From: a virus
Taxonomy: Duplodnaviria; Heunggongvirae; Uroviricota; Caudoviricetes
Length of the DNA stretch: 40,984 nt
Direction: 5' to 3' (one strand)
Virus record (IMG/VR): IMGVR_UViG_2541047851_000005
Within the stretch, counting starts at the first letter, position 1. The number at the start of each line of letters is the position of its first letter. The notes under the pieces were generated by a model. The model saw nothing but the letters and a program-made list of their open reading frames with translations. It had not been told where the DNA came from and ran no database searches. Positions 20,202 to 30,165 of this stretch are shown in pieces. The position numbers were made by a program, and so were the translations under genes.

Positions 20202-21684
20202 GGGTCAGCATGTCGATAAGTTCTGCATCATCCATCTGCGGATATAATGAAGCGGCTTTGTTCATGGCGGCTTCCGGCCCATCTTTCAGCACAGAAAAAA
20301 TGACGGGTTTCAGCAGGGGATCAACCGAACGCTGCCAGTCTTCCGGTGAGAGGCCCATCCGGTCGATATCATCCTCCTGCGGGATATCTTCAGCGGATAA
20401 TGCGGCCTCTTTCTGCGGACCGTTATCCATGACGACCGGTTGAGCAGTAAACACGGCTTCATCACCGACCGGCTGTGGAATATGGAGTTTTTCCTGTATC
20501 CAGGAGACCGGAATACGCATTCCCGCCGCCAGTTTCGGAATGGCGTCAGACAGTGCCGTAATATCACCCGCTTCACTGGTATCAAACACAATGCCCGGCA
20601 GGCGGTTAATATCAATGGTGCTGTCACTGTTCAGTGCCAGCAGGGGATAAATCAGGTCACGGTTAATACTGCGGGCAAGCTGGCCCACATCCGCGTTACG
20701 GATTTCCCGGCGAACCTCATCATGCACTTCACCCAGCGACCGTGCACCTTTATCGCCAGCCTCTGTGGTCAGGGTGCCGCCCAGAATGGCTTTTGAAATC
20801 GCTTTTTCTGCCCAGCCAATCATCGCCATAAAGGGGTCTGACTGACCATCTGCGGCGCTCTGAAAATCCAGCGTCATCCCCATCGGAATAATGCCACCGG
20901 CACGTCGCCCGATATCCATCACGGCCTGCATCAGCGTGGCTTTCTCACGGTTCGTGGAGCCGGTCGGATATTTACCGACGCGCATGGGAAGTCCGTAAAT
21001 TTCCAGAAACTCTGCAAAATCACGCACGGAATAGTTTTTAAAAATAAAAGGCCAGATAAGCGTGCGCACAAGGCCATTGGTGCCAACGTACCCGGTGCGG
21101 GATTTGGCCCGGTGCATAAACCAGCCGAACGGTTGCAGCTCCAGCCCGTGATAAGACGTATCACGCAGACGTAATTCGTTCAGATTATCGGGGTTCGCGC
21201 AGAACAGCGCCGGATCGCGATGATGCAGCGCCACCGGCACGCGCATTTTGCCCAGCCAGCCCCATTCAATCTCCTGCATGGAATAACCCTTGAGAATGGC
21301 ATCACCGGCATCAAACAGGGCATCTTCAAACCACGCCGCATCATGCAGATATTCATTCAGCATGTCGGCGTCTTTTTTCTCCTGTGCGCTGGCATCACGT
21401 GCCGGAGCGATGCGCCATTCCAGCGCCTGAATGGCAAGGCGGCGCTTGCTCAGTTCGGAAAAAAGGTGGGTGTCCTTTTCTTCCATATCAAAGGCCAGGT
21501 CAGCCTGTGCGGTCAGATCACCGCGTTCGGCATCACGCAGCATCTGCGCGGCCCGGTTCGGCGTCACACCACTGGAAGGATGCTCCTGCGTACGCTTCAT
21601 GACCATTGCCAGCTCATCGCTGCGGGTCTGCATTTCATCGTCAAAATCAAACGGCTGCCCGGAAATATCCAGAATACGGCCCAT
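20146..21684 (-). CDS. H: Portal protein H
   Basis: 512-aa ORF directly after terminase large subunit. Confidence 0.9.
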   Translation of the reverse strand: MGRILDISGQPFDFDDEMQTRSDELAMVMKRTQEHPSSGVTPNRAAQMLRDAERGDLTAQADLAFDMEEKDTHLFSELSKRRLAIQALEWRIAPARDASAQEKKDADMLNEYLHDAAWFEDALFDAGDAILKGYSMQEIEWGWLGKMRVPVALHHRDPALFCANPDNLNELRLRDTSYHGLELQPFGWFMHRAKSRTGYVGTNGLVRTLIWPFIFKNYSVRDFAEFLEIYGLPMRVGKYPTGSTNREKATLMQAVMDIGRRAGGIIPMGMTLDFQSAADGQSDPFMAMIGWAEKAISKAILGGTLTTEAGDKGARSLGEVHDEVRREIRNADVGQLARSINRDLIYPLLALNSDSTIDINRLPGIVFDTSEAGDITALSDAIPKLAAGMRIPVSWIQEKLHIPQPVGDEAVFTAQPVVMDNGPQKEAALSAEDIPQEDDIDRMGLSPEDWQRSVDPLLKPVIFSVLKDGPEAAMNKAASLYPQMDDAELIDMLTRAIFVADIWGRLDAAADH

Positions 21685-23339
21685 TACCAGCCCCCTCGTT
21701 CAAACTGGTGATAATCATCAAAATCATCGTTATCAACATCATCACCACGGTGGCGTGGTGGCAGCGCCTGTATGCTGTCCTCGTCGATAACAAAACCATT
21801 CATATAAGACGCCCTGACAGCCATACAGAGCGCCACGGCAAAGTCGCCATGTCGTCGGCCTTTACCACCTTCATCTTTTGTGCGCCCCTTATCAATCTGC
21901 GGAATACCTTTGTCCACCTTGATGTGGAGCAGGTCATCAAGAGTGGTCTGGTGCCGGGCAATCGTGATGTTCTGCGCTTCAAACTCGCCTTTCAGTTTTG
22001 GCATCCACTCCTGATACCAGGATGCGGTCAGATTCACACAGTCGATCATCTCCGGGCCATAAATCAGACGGGTGGCTTCTGCCAGATAACCGCCGTTACC
22101 GGTGGCATCAAATGCAGCACCGGTAAAACGGGGCAAACGGGACAGAATGAATAAAAGGATTTGTCGCTGCTGGTCATAGGTCACATTACGCAGCTCCACG
22201 CGGAAACATTCGCGTTTGCGTAAGTCAGGAGTGATGGCAAGCGGCACAAACACCGTCAGGTCGCCACGGCGTGCAAAGTCTTCGCCCAGTACGTGTTTAT
22301 TGAGCGGCGACAGCGCATCGAGCAACGGGAGCAGCTCCTGTTCACACCAGTCCTGAACGATGCCGTGGCGCATTTGTGGTGTCAGCGATTCAAAATCGTC
22401 CGGGGCTTCAAAACGCAGAATCGGGATATCCCGCACTGGCGTCATGGCGGCTTCAATCAGCACGCGTGACAGATAAGCGCCCCCGGATTTTTTGGGAATG
22501 CAGCCGTATTCCTCGTCGGCACTCTCTTTATTCGGCGCATTCCGGTACAGGCCATCACGCCAGGCTTTTTCCGCTTCCGGCGACCACGGCTGATTCGTGA
22601 CGTAACAGATACGTCGGTATAACCCGTCAGCGATGGCATCATCCAGCGTGATGCGGTGAACGCTGTAATCCTTGCGCCCCTCGCGCGCATCCTGAATGTA
22701 CTGATTAAACAGATTATCGACGCCGTTATGTGTCGATATGATGCGCACGCTGGCACCCCACATGTTTAGTGCAAAGGCCGCTTTCAGGAGTTCGTCCAGG
22801 GCTTCATGGAATGCCGCCTCATCAATCACCACGTCCCCCTGCAATCCACGCAGGTTAGACGGGCGGCTTGACAGAGCCTGTATCTTAAATCCGCTGTTCG
22901 GAAAGCGGATCATGTAGGTGAGGATTTCTTCTTTTTTGTCGCTGTCCCAGAAGGTCTGCTCCCAGACGTCAGCCTTTGCCAGTTGGTTAAAGGCACGGGC
23001 AAACAGGGCACAGGCGGCGATGTATTCCAGCGCCATTTCCTGACGGGAACCCACATAAAAGACGTTGCGACCACCGCGACGCTTCGGCTTTGCGGCCGTC
23101 ATGACATTGCGGCCCGCTTCAGCCCATGTCAGACCGGTACGACGGGATTTTTCAGCGATGCAAATCTGGCTTTCATCCTCAAACCAGCGCCGCTGATAGC
23201 CCAGAAAAACCGGTTCATTGCGGGGCTGTGCTTCCCCGATATCGGTCACGATATTCACGCCGAGCAGTCCGGCTTCCTCACGCAGGTTGATTTTGCGGGG
23301 GGCATGAAGGGCTTTAAGGTTGTTTTCTCTGGTGTTCAT
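21684..23339 (-). CDS. Terminase large subunit
   Basis: ORF 21684..23426; likely start is ATG at 23337-39 (MNTRENN...), 7 nt after the small-subunit stop, giving ~551 aa. Confidence 0.88.
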   Translation of the reverse strand: MNTRENNLKALHAPRKINLREEAGLLGVNIVTDIGEAQPRNEPVFLGYQRRWFEDESQICIAEKSRRTGLTWAEAGRNVMTAAKPKRRGGRNVFYVGSRQEMALEYIAACALFARAFNQLAKADVWEQTFWDSDKKEEILTYMIRFPNSGFKIQALSSRPSNLRGLQGDVVIDEAAFHEALDELLKAAFALNMWGASVRIISTHNGVDNLFNQYIQDAREGRKDYSVHRITLDDAIADGLYRRICYVTNQPWSPEAEKAWRDGLYRNAPNKESADEEYGCIPKKSGGAYLSRVLIEAAMTPVRDIPILRFEAPDDFESLTPQMRHGIVQDWCEQELLPLLDALSPLNKHVLGEDFARRGDLTVFVPLAITPDLRKRECFRVELRNVTYDQQRQILLFILSRLPRFTGAAFDATGNGGYLAEATRLIYGPEMIDCVNLTASWYQEWMPKLKGEFEAQNITIARHQTTLDDLLHIKVDKGIPQIDKGRTKDEGGKGRRHGDFAVALCMAVRASYMNGFVIDEDSIQALPPRHRGDDVDNDDFDDYHQFERGGW

Positions 23340-23346
23340 AACCCTC

Positions 23347-23937
23347 TCATGCCTTACCCAGCAGTACATCACGGATACGCTGCTCCAGCTCTTCGCTGAT
23401 GCCATCCTGCCCGCGCAGTTCTTCACTCACGGCGTTTGCCGCTTCTTCTGCGAATGCCTGGCGGATTTCTTTCTCGCGCCGGTGGCTGGACATTGCCGTG
23501 GATTCCAGACGCTGTGCCGCCAGCATGGCATTTTTCAGCAGGTCAATATCCACGTCAGATTCCGGGTTTTCGATTTGCCGCATCATGGCCTTAAAAAGCT
23601 GGCTGCGGGCCATTTCCAGAATCAGCTTTGTGGTTTCTCCCATTGGCTTGTCGCCAAGTTCTGCGGTCAGTGCTGACGTCATTTCACGCATCTGTCGCAG
23701 GTTATGGCCTACCTGCTCGACGTTCGTCGCGTAACGGTTCAGACCGGAACGGGAGAGTTTCATCTCATCCTGCAGGCCAGCGTCTTCAATCAGTGCGTTA
23801 ATTTCTTCCAGAATGCGGGCCTGTGGGATCGCCTTATCACGCAGCATTTCATGCAGCGTTTTACGTACGTTTTCCGGCAGTAAATCCACTTTTGAAGCCC
23901 GGCCCCGTGTTTTCCTGTCCATCACGCCTCCTGTCAT
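23347..23937 (-). CDS. Terminase small subunit (Mu gp27-like)
   Basis: 196-aa ORF immediately upstream of the large subunit. Confidence 0.7.
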   Translation of the reverse strand: MTGGVMDRKTRGRASKVDLLPENVRKTLHEMLRDKAIPQARILEEINALIEDAGLQDEMKLSRSGLNRYATNVEQVGHNLRQMREMTSALTAELGDKPMGETTKLILEMARSQLFKAMMRQIENPESDVDIDLLKNAMLAAQRLESTAMSSHRREKEIRQAFAEEAANAVSEELRGQDGISEELEQRIRDVLLGKA

Positions 23938-24224
23938 GCACGGGGACGCGGACGCTTGACACCGGCAACGCGGGCGCGGCCTTCCGCCACATCCTGACCT
24001 CGGGAGGTCAGCGTTACGACATAAAAGCCGCGCAGGTTTTCCACGGTGACCAGTTGCTGCTCTGCCAGCCAGTCAATCTGGCCGCGAACCACATCGCGGG
24101 AAACGTTGTGTCCGTATGCATCCAGACAGTCCTGAAGGATGGATTCGTTGGCTTCGTTATTGCAGTCCATCAGGGAACGCAGGATGACCAGACGACGGTC
24201 TTCAGTCAGAATATCGTTAATCAT
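23934..24224 (-). CDS. Small phage protein (Mu gp26-like)
   Basis: 96-aa ORF, 4-nt overlaps with neighbours. Confidence 0.5.
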   Translation of the reverse strand: MINDILTEDRRLVILRSLMDCNNEANESILQDCLDAYGHNVSRDVVRGQIDWLAEQQLVTVENLRGFYVVTLTSRGQDVAEGRARVAGVKRPRPRA

Positions 24225-24538
24225 GAATTACTCCGGTTTACTGCGTTTTCAAGCAGCAGCTCCAGTTGATGGGAAAATGACTGCACCCGCTGGGACAGCA
24301 CCCGGATATCGCCGGACAGCTCTGCAATACGCAGGCGCATTTCGTGTACATCTTCTGTGCCAGGGATGCTGGCGTAGCGGGTTTCCATTTCGGTCATCCG
24401 GTTTTCAAGACGCTCCACACGCTCGGTGCTGGCAAAACTACGACGCATCGCCCAGACGGCCCCACCGGCCACAACAGGCAACAGGTAAGGCCATAACGCT
24501 AAAACTGAAATCAAATCCATTATTCTGCTCCACGGCAC
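24221..24538 (-). CDS. Membrane-anchored lysis-cassette protein (Mu gp25-like)
   Basis: 105-aa ORF with N-terminal hydrophobic segment; in lysis block. Confidence 0.5.
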   Translation of the reverse strand: MPWSRIMDLISVLALWPYLLPVVAGGAVWAMRRSFASTERVERLENRMTEMETRYASIPGTEDVHEMRLRIAELSGDIRVLSQRVQSFSHQLELLLENAVNRSNS

Positions 24539-24714
24539 CAGTGGCAGTAGTTCGCCATCGGCTGCTGCCTCAGCACATCAGGCCGCAGCTCACGACCGCA
24601 ACCGGCACACAATACAGGCGGGTCATACGCCGCCGGGCGGGGAATATCACGGGTATCCCCCTGCCAGAGTTCAGCGAGCAGCAGCGCCACCGCCCGGTTC
24701 TGGTCTTCGTTCAT
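24520..24714 (-). CDS. Small Cys-rich protein (CxxC...CxxC)
   Basis: 64-aa ORF with CAGCGRE...CHWC motif. Confidence 0.4.
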   Translation of the reverse strand: MNEDQNRAVALLLAELWQGDTRDIPRPAAYDPPVLCAGCGRELRPDVLRQQPMANYCHWCRGAE

Positions 24715-25012
24715 AAATTTCTTTCCTTCGGATCTCCTGTTCCCGGACTGATGCCTTGTCGCGGTTGCACTGCCCGAGCGCCATCAACAGGTCAGCATTC
24801 CAGAGAAGGGATGCTCCCCACGTCAGGGGCTGTGGCATGGGCGGAACGGGCGTTGCTTCTGTCAGTTCTGTATCAGTTTCGGGCAGGATCACCACCGATG
24901 GCACGGGTGCGTTTTTCGAGTTCCCGCAACCTGTCAGCAGCAACGGCAGGCACAGGACGAGTGCTGCAATTGTCACCAGTAATGGCGGTTGTAATTTTTT
25001 CTTTTGCATCAT
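24671..25012 (-). CDS. Outer-membrane spanin (lipoprotein)
   Basis: Within ORF 24671..25147 the internal start MMQKKK is followed by a signal peptide and lipobox LLLTGC; overlaps the i-spanin in another frame. Confidence 0.55.
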   Translation of the reverse strand: MMQKKKLQPPLLVTIAALVLCLPLLLTGCGNSKNAPVPSVVILPETDTELTEATPVPPMPQPLTWGASLLWNADLLMALGQCNRDKASVREQEIRRKEIYERRPEPGGGAAAR

Positions 25013-25259
25013 GATGTTCTGTCTCATCTGCCAGCCGTGCGGCACGATTTGCGGCACGGATAGCGGAAAATACCTGCATCGTCTGTTCCTGACCGTGTAA
25101 CAACCATTCAGCAGTGTGGCGGGCCTGTTGCTCCGTCTGTAATTCACGGCGCAGCGTCTGGTTATCGTGGCGGGTGCTGTCCAGCCTGTGCCACAACACC
25201 CCGGACAGAACGGCGGTAAACACGGCTGCCAGCAGTAAACTTTTACTGGCGAAGGTCAT
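24873..25259 (-). CDS. Inner-membrane spanin
   Basis: 128-aa ORF with N-terminal TM helix then charged coiled-coil; directly downstream of endolysin. Confidence 0.6.
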   Translation of the reverse strand: MTFASKSLLLAAVFTAVLSGVLWHRLDSTRHDNQTLRRELQTEQQARHTAEWLLHGQEQTMQVFSAIRAANRAARLADETEHHDAKEKITTAITGDNCSTRPVPAVAADRLRELEKRTRAIGGDPARN

Positions 25260-25761
25260 CCGCCCCCCTGATATTCCAGATTGCCATTTCCACTTCGCGA
25301 CGGTTCATCAGTCCTTTCCATTTATGGCCTGCGGCAAACACCCAGCGGGCCATCTGGTCACGCGCTCCGGCGTAATCACCGGCATTGAGTTTTTTCAGCA
25401 GCGTTGATTTACTGAATGCGGTAACACCGGTGTTGAAAATAAACGTTGCCAGCGCCGTTTTCTGATATGGCGTCAGCGGCACCCTGACAAGACGATCGAT
25501 TGCCGCATAAACCGGTTTTAAATCACTGTCGAGGAGAGCCATACACTCCGCATGGCTGTAACGGCGCATTTCGATATCCGGCCCGGTATGTCCCACACAG
25601 ACCGTAAGCACACCGGCAATATCGCGGTAAGGCATATAAGCGATATTTTCCAGATGGATCAGAGACTGACGGGTCATTTCCTGATAACCACCCACACTGC
25701 CACCGGCAATCGTTGCCGCCAGCAGTGCGGCTTTCAGTTTTTTTGGTATCCCCGCCATCAT
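25243..25761 (-). CDS. lys: SAR endolysin (lysozyme) Lys
   Basis: 172-aa ORF with N-terminal signal-anchor-release segment and lysozyme-like body; first late gene after C. Confidence 0.88.
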   Translation of the reverse strand: MMAGIPKKLKAALLAATIAGGSVGGYQEMTRQSLIHLENIAYMPYRDIAGVLTVCVGHTGPDIEMRRYSHAECMALLDSDLKPVYAAIDRLVRVPLTPYQKTALATFIFNTGVTAFSKSTLLKKLNAGDYAGARDQMARWVFAAGHKWKGLMNRREVEMAIWNIRGADDLRQ

Positions 25762-25852
25762 GCTTCCCTGAAAAAATGCTCTGATGGCAGTCTAAAAAAT
25801 CAGATGGCAGGTGCGGGATTATGGTGACAGGAAATAACCGGCAGGATGCCGG

Positions 25853-26275
25853 TTATTTCTGGCTTTCAGGTGAGAACAGATCAGGCTGATGACGTCGTGT
25901 ATGCAGCTTTCTCTGGCGGGCAATAATCTGGTAGATCTGCGGCTGGGACAGGCGATACTGGCGACGCAGTTCTTCCATGTTACGACCATTGAACTGGCAG
26001 TAAAGCAAATCGTCGCGTAACGCGGTCAGGATCGTATCGCCGCAGGGGATGTAAAACTGCCGTCCGCCCAGAAAACAGGACAGGGCAACGGCCTGTTTAC
26101 GGGCAAGCTCACGGGGATTGCTGACGTTCTGGCGTTTCAGTTCGTTTTCCAGAACATCAATCAGATCAACCACCGAACGGGGCCAGCGTGATTCCAGTTC
26201 CGGGGCCGGGATGTTATCAATATGTCCGATTAACTGGCGAATTGCCGGATCGTGTTCAAATAAATCATGCTGCAT
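25853..26275 (-). CDS. C: Late transcription activator C
   Basis: 140-aa ORF, Mor/C family, paralogous to mor 0.4 kb upstream; matches recalled Mu C length. Confidence 0.9.
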   Translation of the reverse strand: MQHDLFEHDPAIRQLIGHIDNIPAPELESRWPRSVVDLIDVLENELKRQNVSNPRELARKQAVALSCFLGGRQFYIPCGDTILTALRDDLLYCQFNGRNMEELRRQYRLSQPQIYQIIARQRKLHTRRHQPDLFSPESQK

Positions 26276-26387
26276 ATTTTCCCCCGGTTAACAGACAGAA
26301 AGATACACCACGGCACTGATGGTTATCAGAACCACAAGGGCAATCACTTTTATCGCATTAATCAGCGTGGACGGCCCGAAACATTCA

Positions 26388-26618
26388 TCACTGAATTTTC
26401 TGTACACAATATTTTTCCTTATAACGTTGACAGTGGTGAAGAATTTCCGGCATATCAACTGACTGCCAGCCTTTCATGTAATAACTGCCGTGGGTGCCAT
26501 CATGACCGGTATAGTCGCGGGGCGCAGGCCGTGGCCCACCGGCGACACGGTGCAAAACCTCCTGACGCAGCCGCTCACGTCTGCCAAGATGAAAGGATGC
26601 ATTCCAGCCTTTACCCAT
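26388..26618 (-). CDS. Small ORF between mor and C (Mu gp18-like)
   Basis: 76-aa ORF; position only. Confidence 0.3.
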   Translation of the reverse strand: MGKGWNASFHLGRRERLRQEVLHRVAGGPRPAPRDYTGHDGTHGSYYMKGWQSVDMPEILHHCQRYKEKYCVQKIQ

Positions 26619-26695
26619 GATGATTTCCCCCGGTACGGTTATTCATCACAGGATATTGAGGACGTAAAAAAAGCCGGATTAACCGGCTTTACTGT

Positions 26696-27085
26696 TTACA
26701 GAAGTGAGGGCTGGTACTGGCGGTATTTCAGCCGTCGCATCCGGCGAATGGCCTTGTAAACCGTATTGAAAGTGACACCATAACGGGTGGTCAGTTCGCT
26801 GACGTTGCGACCGTTAAAATCATTCCAGATACGCAAATCCCGAATCAGCGAGTCCAGAACCTGACCGCGTGGAATGTAGACCTGACCGCCGCCCAGATGC
26901 TTACAGATAGCCACAACAATCTCCAGTGAATGGGCAGGATCAACGCCCAGCCGGGACAATTCCCCGCGTAGTAAATCGTTCAGCTCCGCCAGCAGTGCCG
27001 GAAAGCGTGACGTATCCTCTGCGGGATTGTCAAGATGTGCCAGGATGGTGTCATCCTGCAAATCACCAAATAAATCTTCCATCAT
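26696..27085 (-). CDS. mor: Middle operon regulator Mor
   Basis: 129-aa ORF, Mor/C family (shared ...GGxxxYIPxG...DxLLY/IRD... core with C). Confidence 0.9.
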   Translation of the reverse strand: MMEDLFGDLQDDTILAHLDNPAEDTSRFPALLAELNDLLRGELSRLGVDPAHSLEIVVAICKHLGGGQVYIPRGQVLDSLIRDLRIWNDFNGRNVSELTTRYGVTFNTVYKAIRRMRRLKYRQYQPSLL

Positions 27086-27633
27086 TGTGCCATCCTCCGT
27101 GTCTTTCTGACATGGGCATAAGCCGCCGTCATGGCATCATAGCCGCGCAGTTCACGCCCGGACGGACTGACCGGCAACGGAAGCCCGTGACGGGAAAAGG
27201 CTTCACGAATACAGCGGATGTGCCACTGTTTCAGGGTTTCAAGCACAACCTGCAACGATTCTCCGTGGCACCACGCCAGCGTGGAAACACCCTGTCCGCC
27301 ATTACGTTTCGCTGTCAGGCGCTGAACATATCTGTCCAGCGCCACATCACCACCATCGGTAATAAAACCGTCTTCTGCCATCTGCTGCCAGATTTTATAC
27401 ACCTTCTCACGGGGCGTGACATGCCCCTTAAACCGACGGCGTGGGTGTTTATTCTGCTTCTTAAAGCCGCGTTCTTTCATGGCATTGAGCACCTGTTCCA
27501 GTTGCGTAACCGTCAGCTCGCGGCAACTGATTTTGCCCGTTTTCTGCATCAGAAAAGCGCGGTAAGTGTCGTCGTCGAGTTGTAGCTCCCGACGGGCGAC
27601 ATGGATTAATTTAATCAGGGATGTGCGACTCAT
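27082..27633 (-). CDS. GemA-like protein (Mu gp16 family)
   Basis: 183-aa ORF immediately upstream of mor, 4-nt overlap; Mu gp16 position and size. Confidence 0.6.
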   Translation of the reverse strand: MSRTSLIKLIHVARRELQLDDDTYRAFLMQKTGKISCRELTVTQLEQVLNAMKERGFKKQNKHPRRRFKGHVTPREKVYKIWQQMAEDGFITDGGDVALDRYVQRLTAKRNGGQGVSTLAWCHGESLQVVLETLKQWHIRCIREAFSRHGLPLPVSPSGRELRGYDAMTAAYAHVRKTRRMAQ

Positions 27634-27684
27634 GATCGTACCTCCGGAAAGAGGCGGTGCTGCAACACCGCCTGAATTTACACA

Positions 27685-27987
27685 TCAGTTCGTAAGGCCC
27701 AGATGCTGACGGATCTCAAAAGCCTCAAACACATGAGCGTCAGTAACAATATCCTGGTCTGATAACCCCAGCCTGCGGCGGATGTACTCCTCGCGGGCTG
27801 TTTCATTTTGCAGTGCCACTACTGTTTCCAGACGATTCATTTCGCGGTTGATAATGTCACGGACTTCTCTGGCGGTGAGATTATGCTTAATACCATATTC
27901 AACGATAGCGCGAACACGTTCCAGCATCCCTTTTTCAGCCATGACGTTATCAATATTAAGGGGAGTAAATTTATCTTCATTGTTCAT
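27685..27987 (-). CDS. Early-region hypothetical protein
   Basis: 100-aa ORF, packed in early operon. Confidence 0.5.
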   Translation of the reverse strand: MNNEDKFTPLNIDNVMAEKGMLERVRAIVEYGIKHNLTAREVRDIINREMNRLETVVALQNETAREEYIRRRLGLSDQDIVTDAHVFEAFEIRQHLGLTN

Positions 27988-28307
27988 TTTGCGGCCCTCA
28001 GAATAAATTCAGGATAAAATTTCAGACTCATTTGCCGTAACACATCCAGTGCAGCAACGGCTGCTGATTTATCGTTGCCATCAGCAATAGCGCGGAGATT
28101 TTCAATAATCCAGTGAGGACTCAGTGACTCAGCAATAATGCCAAACCGGTACGCCATGACCTCATCAATAGCTTTTTCATGAGACGTCTCATATACAAAA
28201 TTCACAAAGTCATGCACTTCTTTTTTCGGCAAACCACCGGCAATCAGCAGGGCGGCAAGCTCTTCTGATTTTGAAAATACACCATTATTCATATCACTCA
28301 CCTTCAC
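27984..28307 (-). CDS. Early-region hypothetical protein
   Basis: 107-aa ORF, 4-nt overlap with next gene. Confidence 0.5.
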   Translation of the reverse strand: MKVSDMNNGVFSKSEELAALLIAGGLPKKEVHDFVNFVYETSHEKAIDEVMAYRFGIIAESLSPHWIIENLRAIADGNDKSAAVAALDVLRQMSLKFYPEFILRAAK

Positions 28308-28476
28308 AATTCATGCACGCCGTGTCATCGCCCATATCGCAGTGGTTGCATTTCTGCCCGCCACAATGAGGGCACTCTTTCAGATATTCAGGGGATTCAT
28401 TACCGCAGGTCGGGCATTCCTGTTTCACCGTGGTAAATTTCCCCAGCCACGAATACGATGTTTCACTGTTTTCCAT
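28294..28476 (-). CDS. Small zinc-ribbon protein
   Basis: 60-aa ORF with CPTCG...CPHCGG...CNHC...CMNC. Confidence 0.5.
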   Translation of the reverse strand: MENSETSYSWLGKFTTVKQECPTCGNESPEYLKECPHCGGQKCNHCDMGDDTACMNCEGE

Positions 28477-29032
28477 TAGTTACCTCCGCCTGTTTTTGCG
28501 CCCGGATAAATTCGTCAGAAAGGATTTCAGTCATGCGGCCTTGCGCGGGTGTCATCCCCGTCATGACGTAAATCACATCACCAACACGGAACCACTGGAG
28601 CGGGCCGAATATTGTTGCGCTGAAATCCAGTCCCAGTGCGGGTAAGAGAGCGTCAGTACGGGCATAAGTGACCGGAATATTCTCCTGCCATATTTTCGCC
28701 AGCTCTTTTGACTGCTCCCGCAGATGTGCAGGAATGCGCGATGTTCTTGGCCTGCAACTGTTACCTGATGCGGAGCGTTGTACAGTCCACAACTCCGGCG
28801 AGAAAGGTCGCTCATTCCCCGGAAAATTCACGCCATGAAAATGACGCCCACCAATACCTGTGCTGAATACTGACCGGCAACCACAACCCAGAACCTTATC
28901 AAGATGGCGGGCTTCTTCGCGTAGTTTCAGGCAGTCCGCCATAAACTGGTCCCATGCCAGCAGTGCTGCGGGATTTGACGTTTTAAAAAACATCACGCCA
29001 CCTCCTGCACCGCTGCGGGAGCCGGAGAACAA
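28463..29032 (-). CDS. Early-region hypothetical protein
   Basis: 189-aa ORF; true start may be internal (MFFKTSNP). Confidence 0.45.
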   Translation of the reverse strand: MFSGSRSGAGGGVMFFKTSNPAALLAWDQFMADCLKLREEARHLDKVLGCGCRSVFSTGIGGRHFHGVNFPGNERPFSPELWTVQRSASGNSCRPRTSRIPAHLREQSKELAKIWQENIPVTYARTDALLPALGLDFSATIFGPLQWFRVGDVIYVMTGMTPAQGRMTEILSDEFIRAQKQAEVTNGKQ

Positions 29033-29523
29033 TCAAGAATGAGATAACGCAGTACATGGTCGGTGATATTCCAGGCGCTTGAACTGCAAATAAAACGCCC
29101 CAGCCGGATATCGATATAAGCCATCACAAAACGGGGCATTCCCTGTTCGCACATTCTGTTATCCACCTCAGCAACAATGTGGACTGACTCACAGGTCAGC
29201 ACGCCCGTCGCAAACTCTTTTGCCAGCGCGGGGATGGTATTACCTTCCACCCAGGGTAATGAGCGACGCCAGTTGCACCACACCGCATCATCAACAGCAG
29301 GCTGCTCAGTTGCGTTTCGTCTTACAGGCGGCGTCGGACGCGGGCGCGGAACGTCATAAAATCCGTTGCATTCGGTGAGCACTCCGGCATCAACCGCATC
29401 ACGCAGGAAATACACCATTGACGAGGGCAGCATATTCATTTTTTCAGCCAGAACTCCGCAGGTCAGGCGTCCGTAAGCCCGTAATAATGTGCTGACACCA
29501 TTCAGAATTTTTGCATCAACCAT
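28993..29523 (-). CDS. Early-region hypothetical protein
   Basis: 176-aa ORF downstream of gam. Confidence 0.5.
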   Translation of the reverse strand: MVDAKILNGVSTLLRAYGRLTCGVLAEKMNMLPSSMVYFLRDAVDAGVLTECNGFYDVPRPRPTPPVRRNATEQPAVDDAVWCNWRRSLPWVEGNTIPALAKEFATGVLTCESVHIVAEVDNRMCEQGMPRFVMAYIDIRLGRFICSSSAWNITDHVLRYLILDCSPAPAAVQEVA

Positions 29524-29621
29524 GTTTTATTCCTCAGTAATCTGTTTCAGGCGCGAGCAATCCCCTGACGCATCGCGCCATAATTAAAAGAATGTGAATT
29601 AATTAAATATTAATGGTGGTA

Positions 29622-30146
29622 TTAAATACCGGCTTCCTGTTCAAATGGAATAATGGAAAAATCTTCAATTCCCGATTTAACCGTAATTCCGGCAACACCT
29701 GCGACGGCTTTTGGTTCCAGTAAAATCGCCTCCTTGTTGATTTCCTGCTTCGTGCGAATAAAGCGTTGCAGGCCAAGACGCTCCAGCGTTTCCATCACTG
29801 CATCCATACCACGAATACTTACTGATGGTGGACGGACCCGCCACGATACATCACCGGTGACAAGATTCGCCGTCTTCACTTTGCCGCCGTTCGTCAGTTC
29901 GTCGCGGTTCGCTTCACACCATCCCTTAACGCCTTTTGAAAGGGTTTCAATATCGGTTTTAATCGGTGCAATCCGGGCTGCAAATTTCTCCGTAATTTCC
30001 GCGATGGCATCATTCATTTCCGTTTCCAGACGTGATGCTTCGCGCTGTAAATCCCCGATGCGTTTAATATCGGTAATCACCGCATCGCGGTTTTGTGGCA
30101 CATAAGCCGCTGCGGCACTTTTGATGCGTTTTGCTGGTTTAGCCAT
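29622..30146 (-). CDS. gam: Gam, host-nuclease inhibitor (DNA end-binding)
   Basis: 174-aa ORF MAKPAKRIKSAAAAYVPQNRD...; matches recalled Mu Gam length and N-terminus. Confidence 0.88.
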   Translation of the reverse strand: MAKPAKRIKSAAAAYVPQNRDAVITDIKRIGDLQREASRLETEMNDAIAEITEKFAARIAPIKTDIETLSKGVKGWCEANRDELTNGGKVKTANLVTGDVSWRVRPPSVSIRGMDAVMETLERLGLQRFIRTKQEINKEAILLEPKAVAGVAGITVKSGIEDFSIIPFEQEAGI

Positions 30147-30165
30147 AAATTAAAGCTCCTGTTAA

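Noticed and set aside
23340-23426. Upstream extension of terminase large-subunit ORF overlapping the small-subunit gene by 80 nt
   Set aside because: The internal ATG at 23337-39 sits 7 nt after the small-subunit stop with a GAGG-like ribosome-binding site, giving a length closer to the expected ~550 aa.
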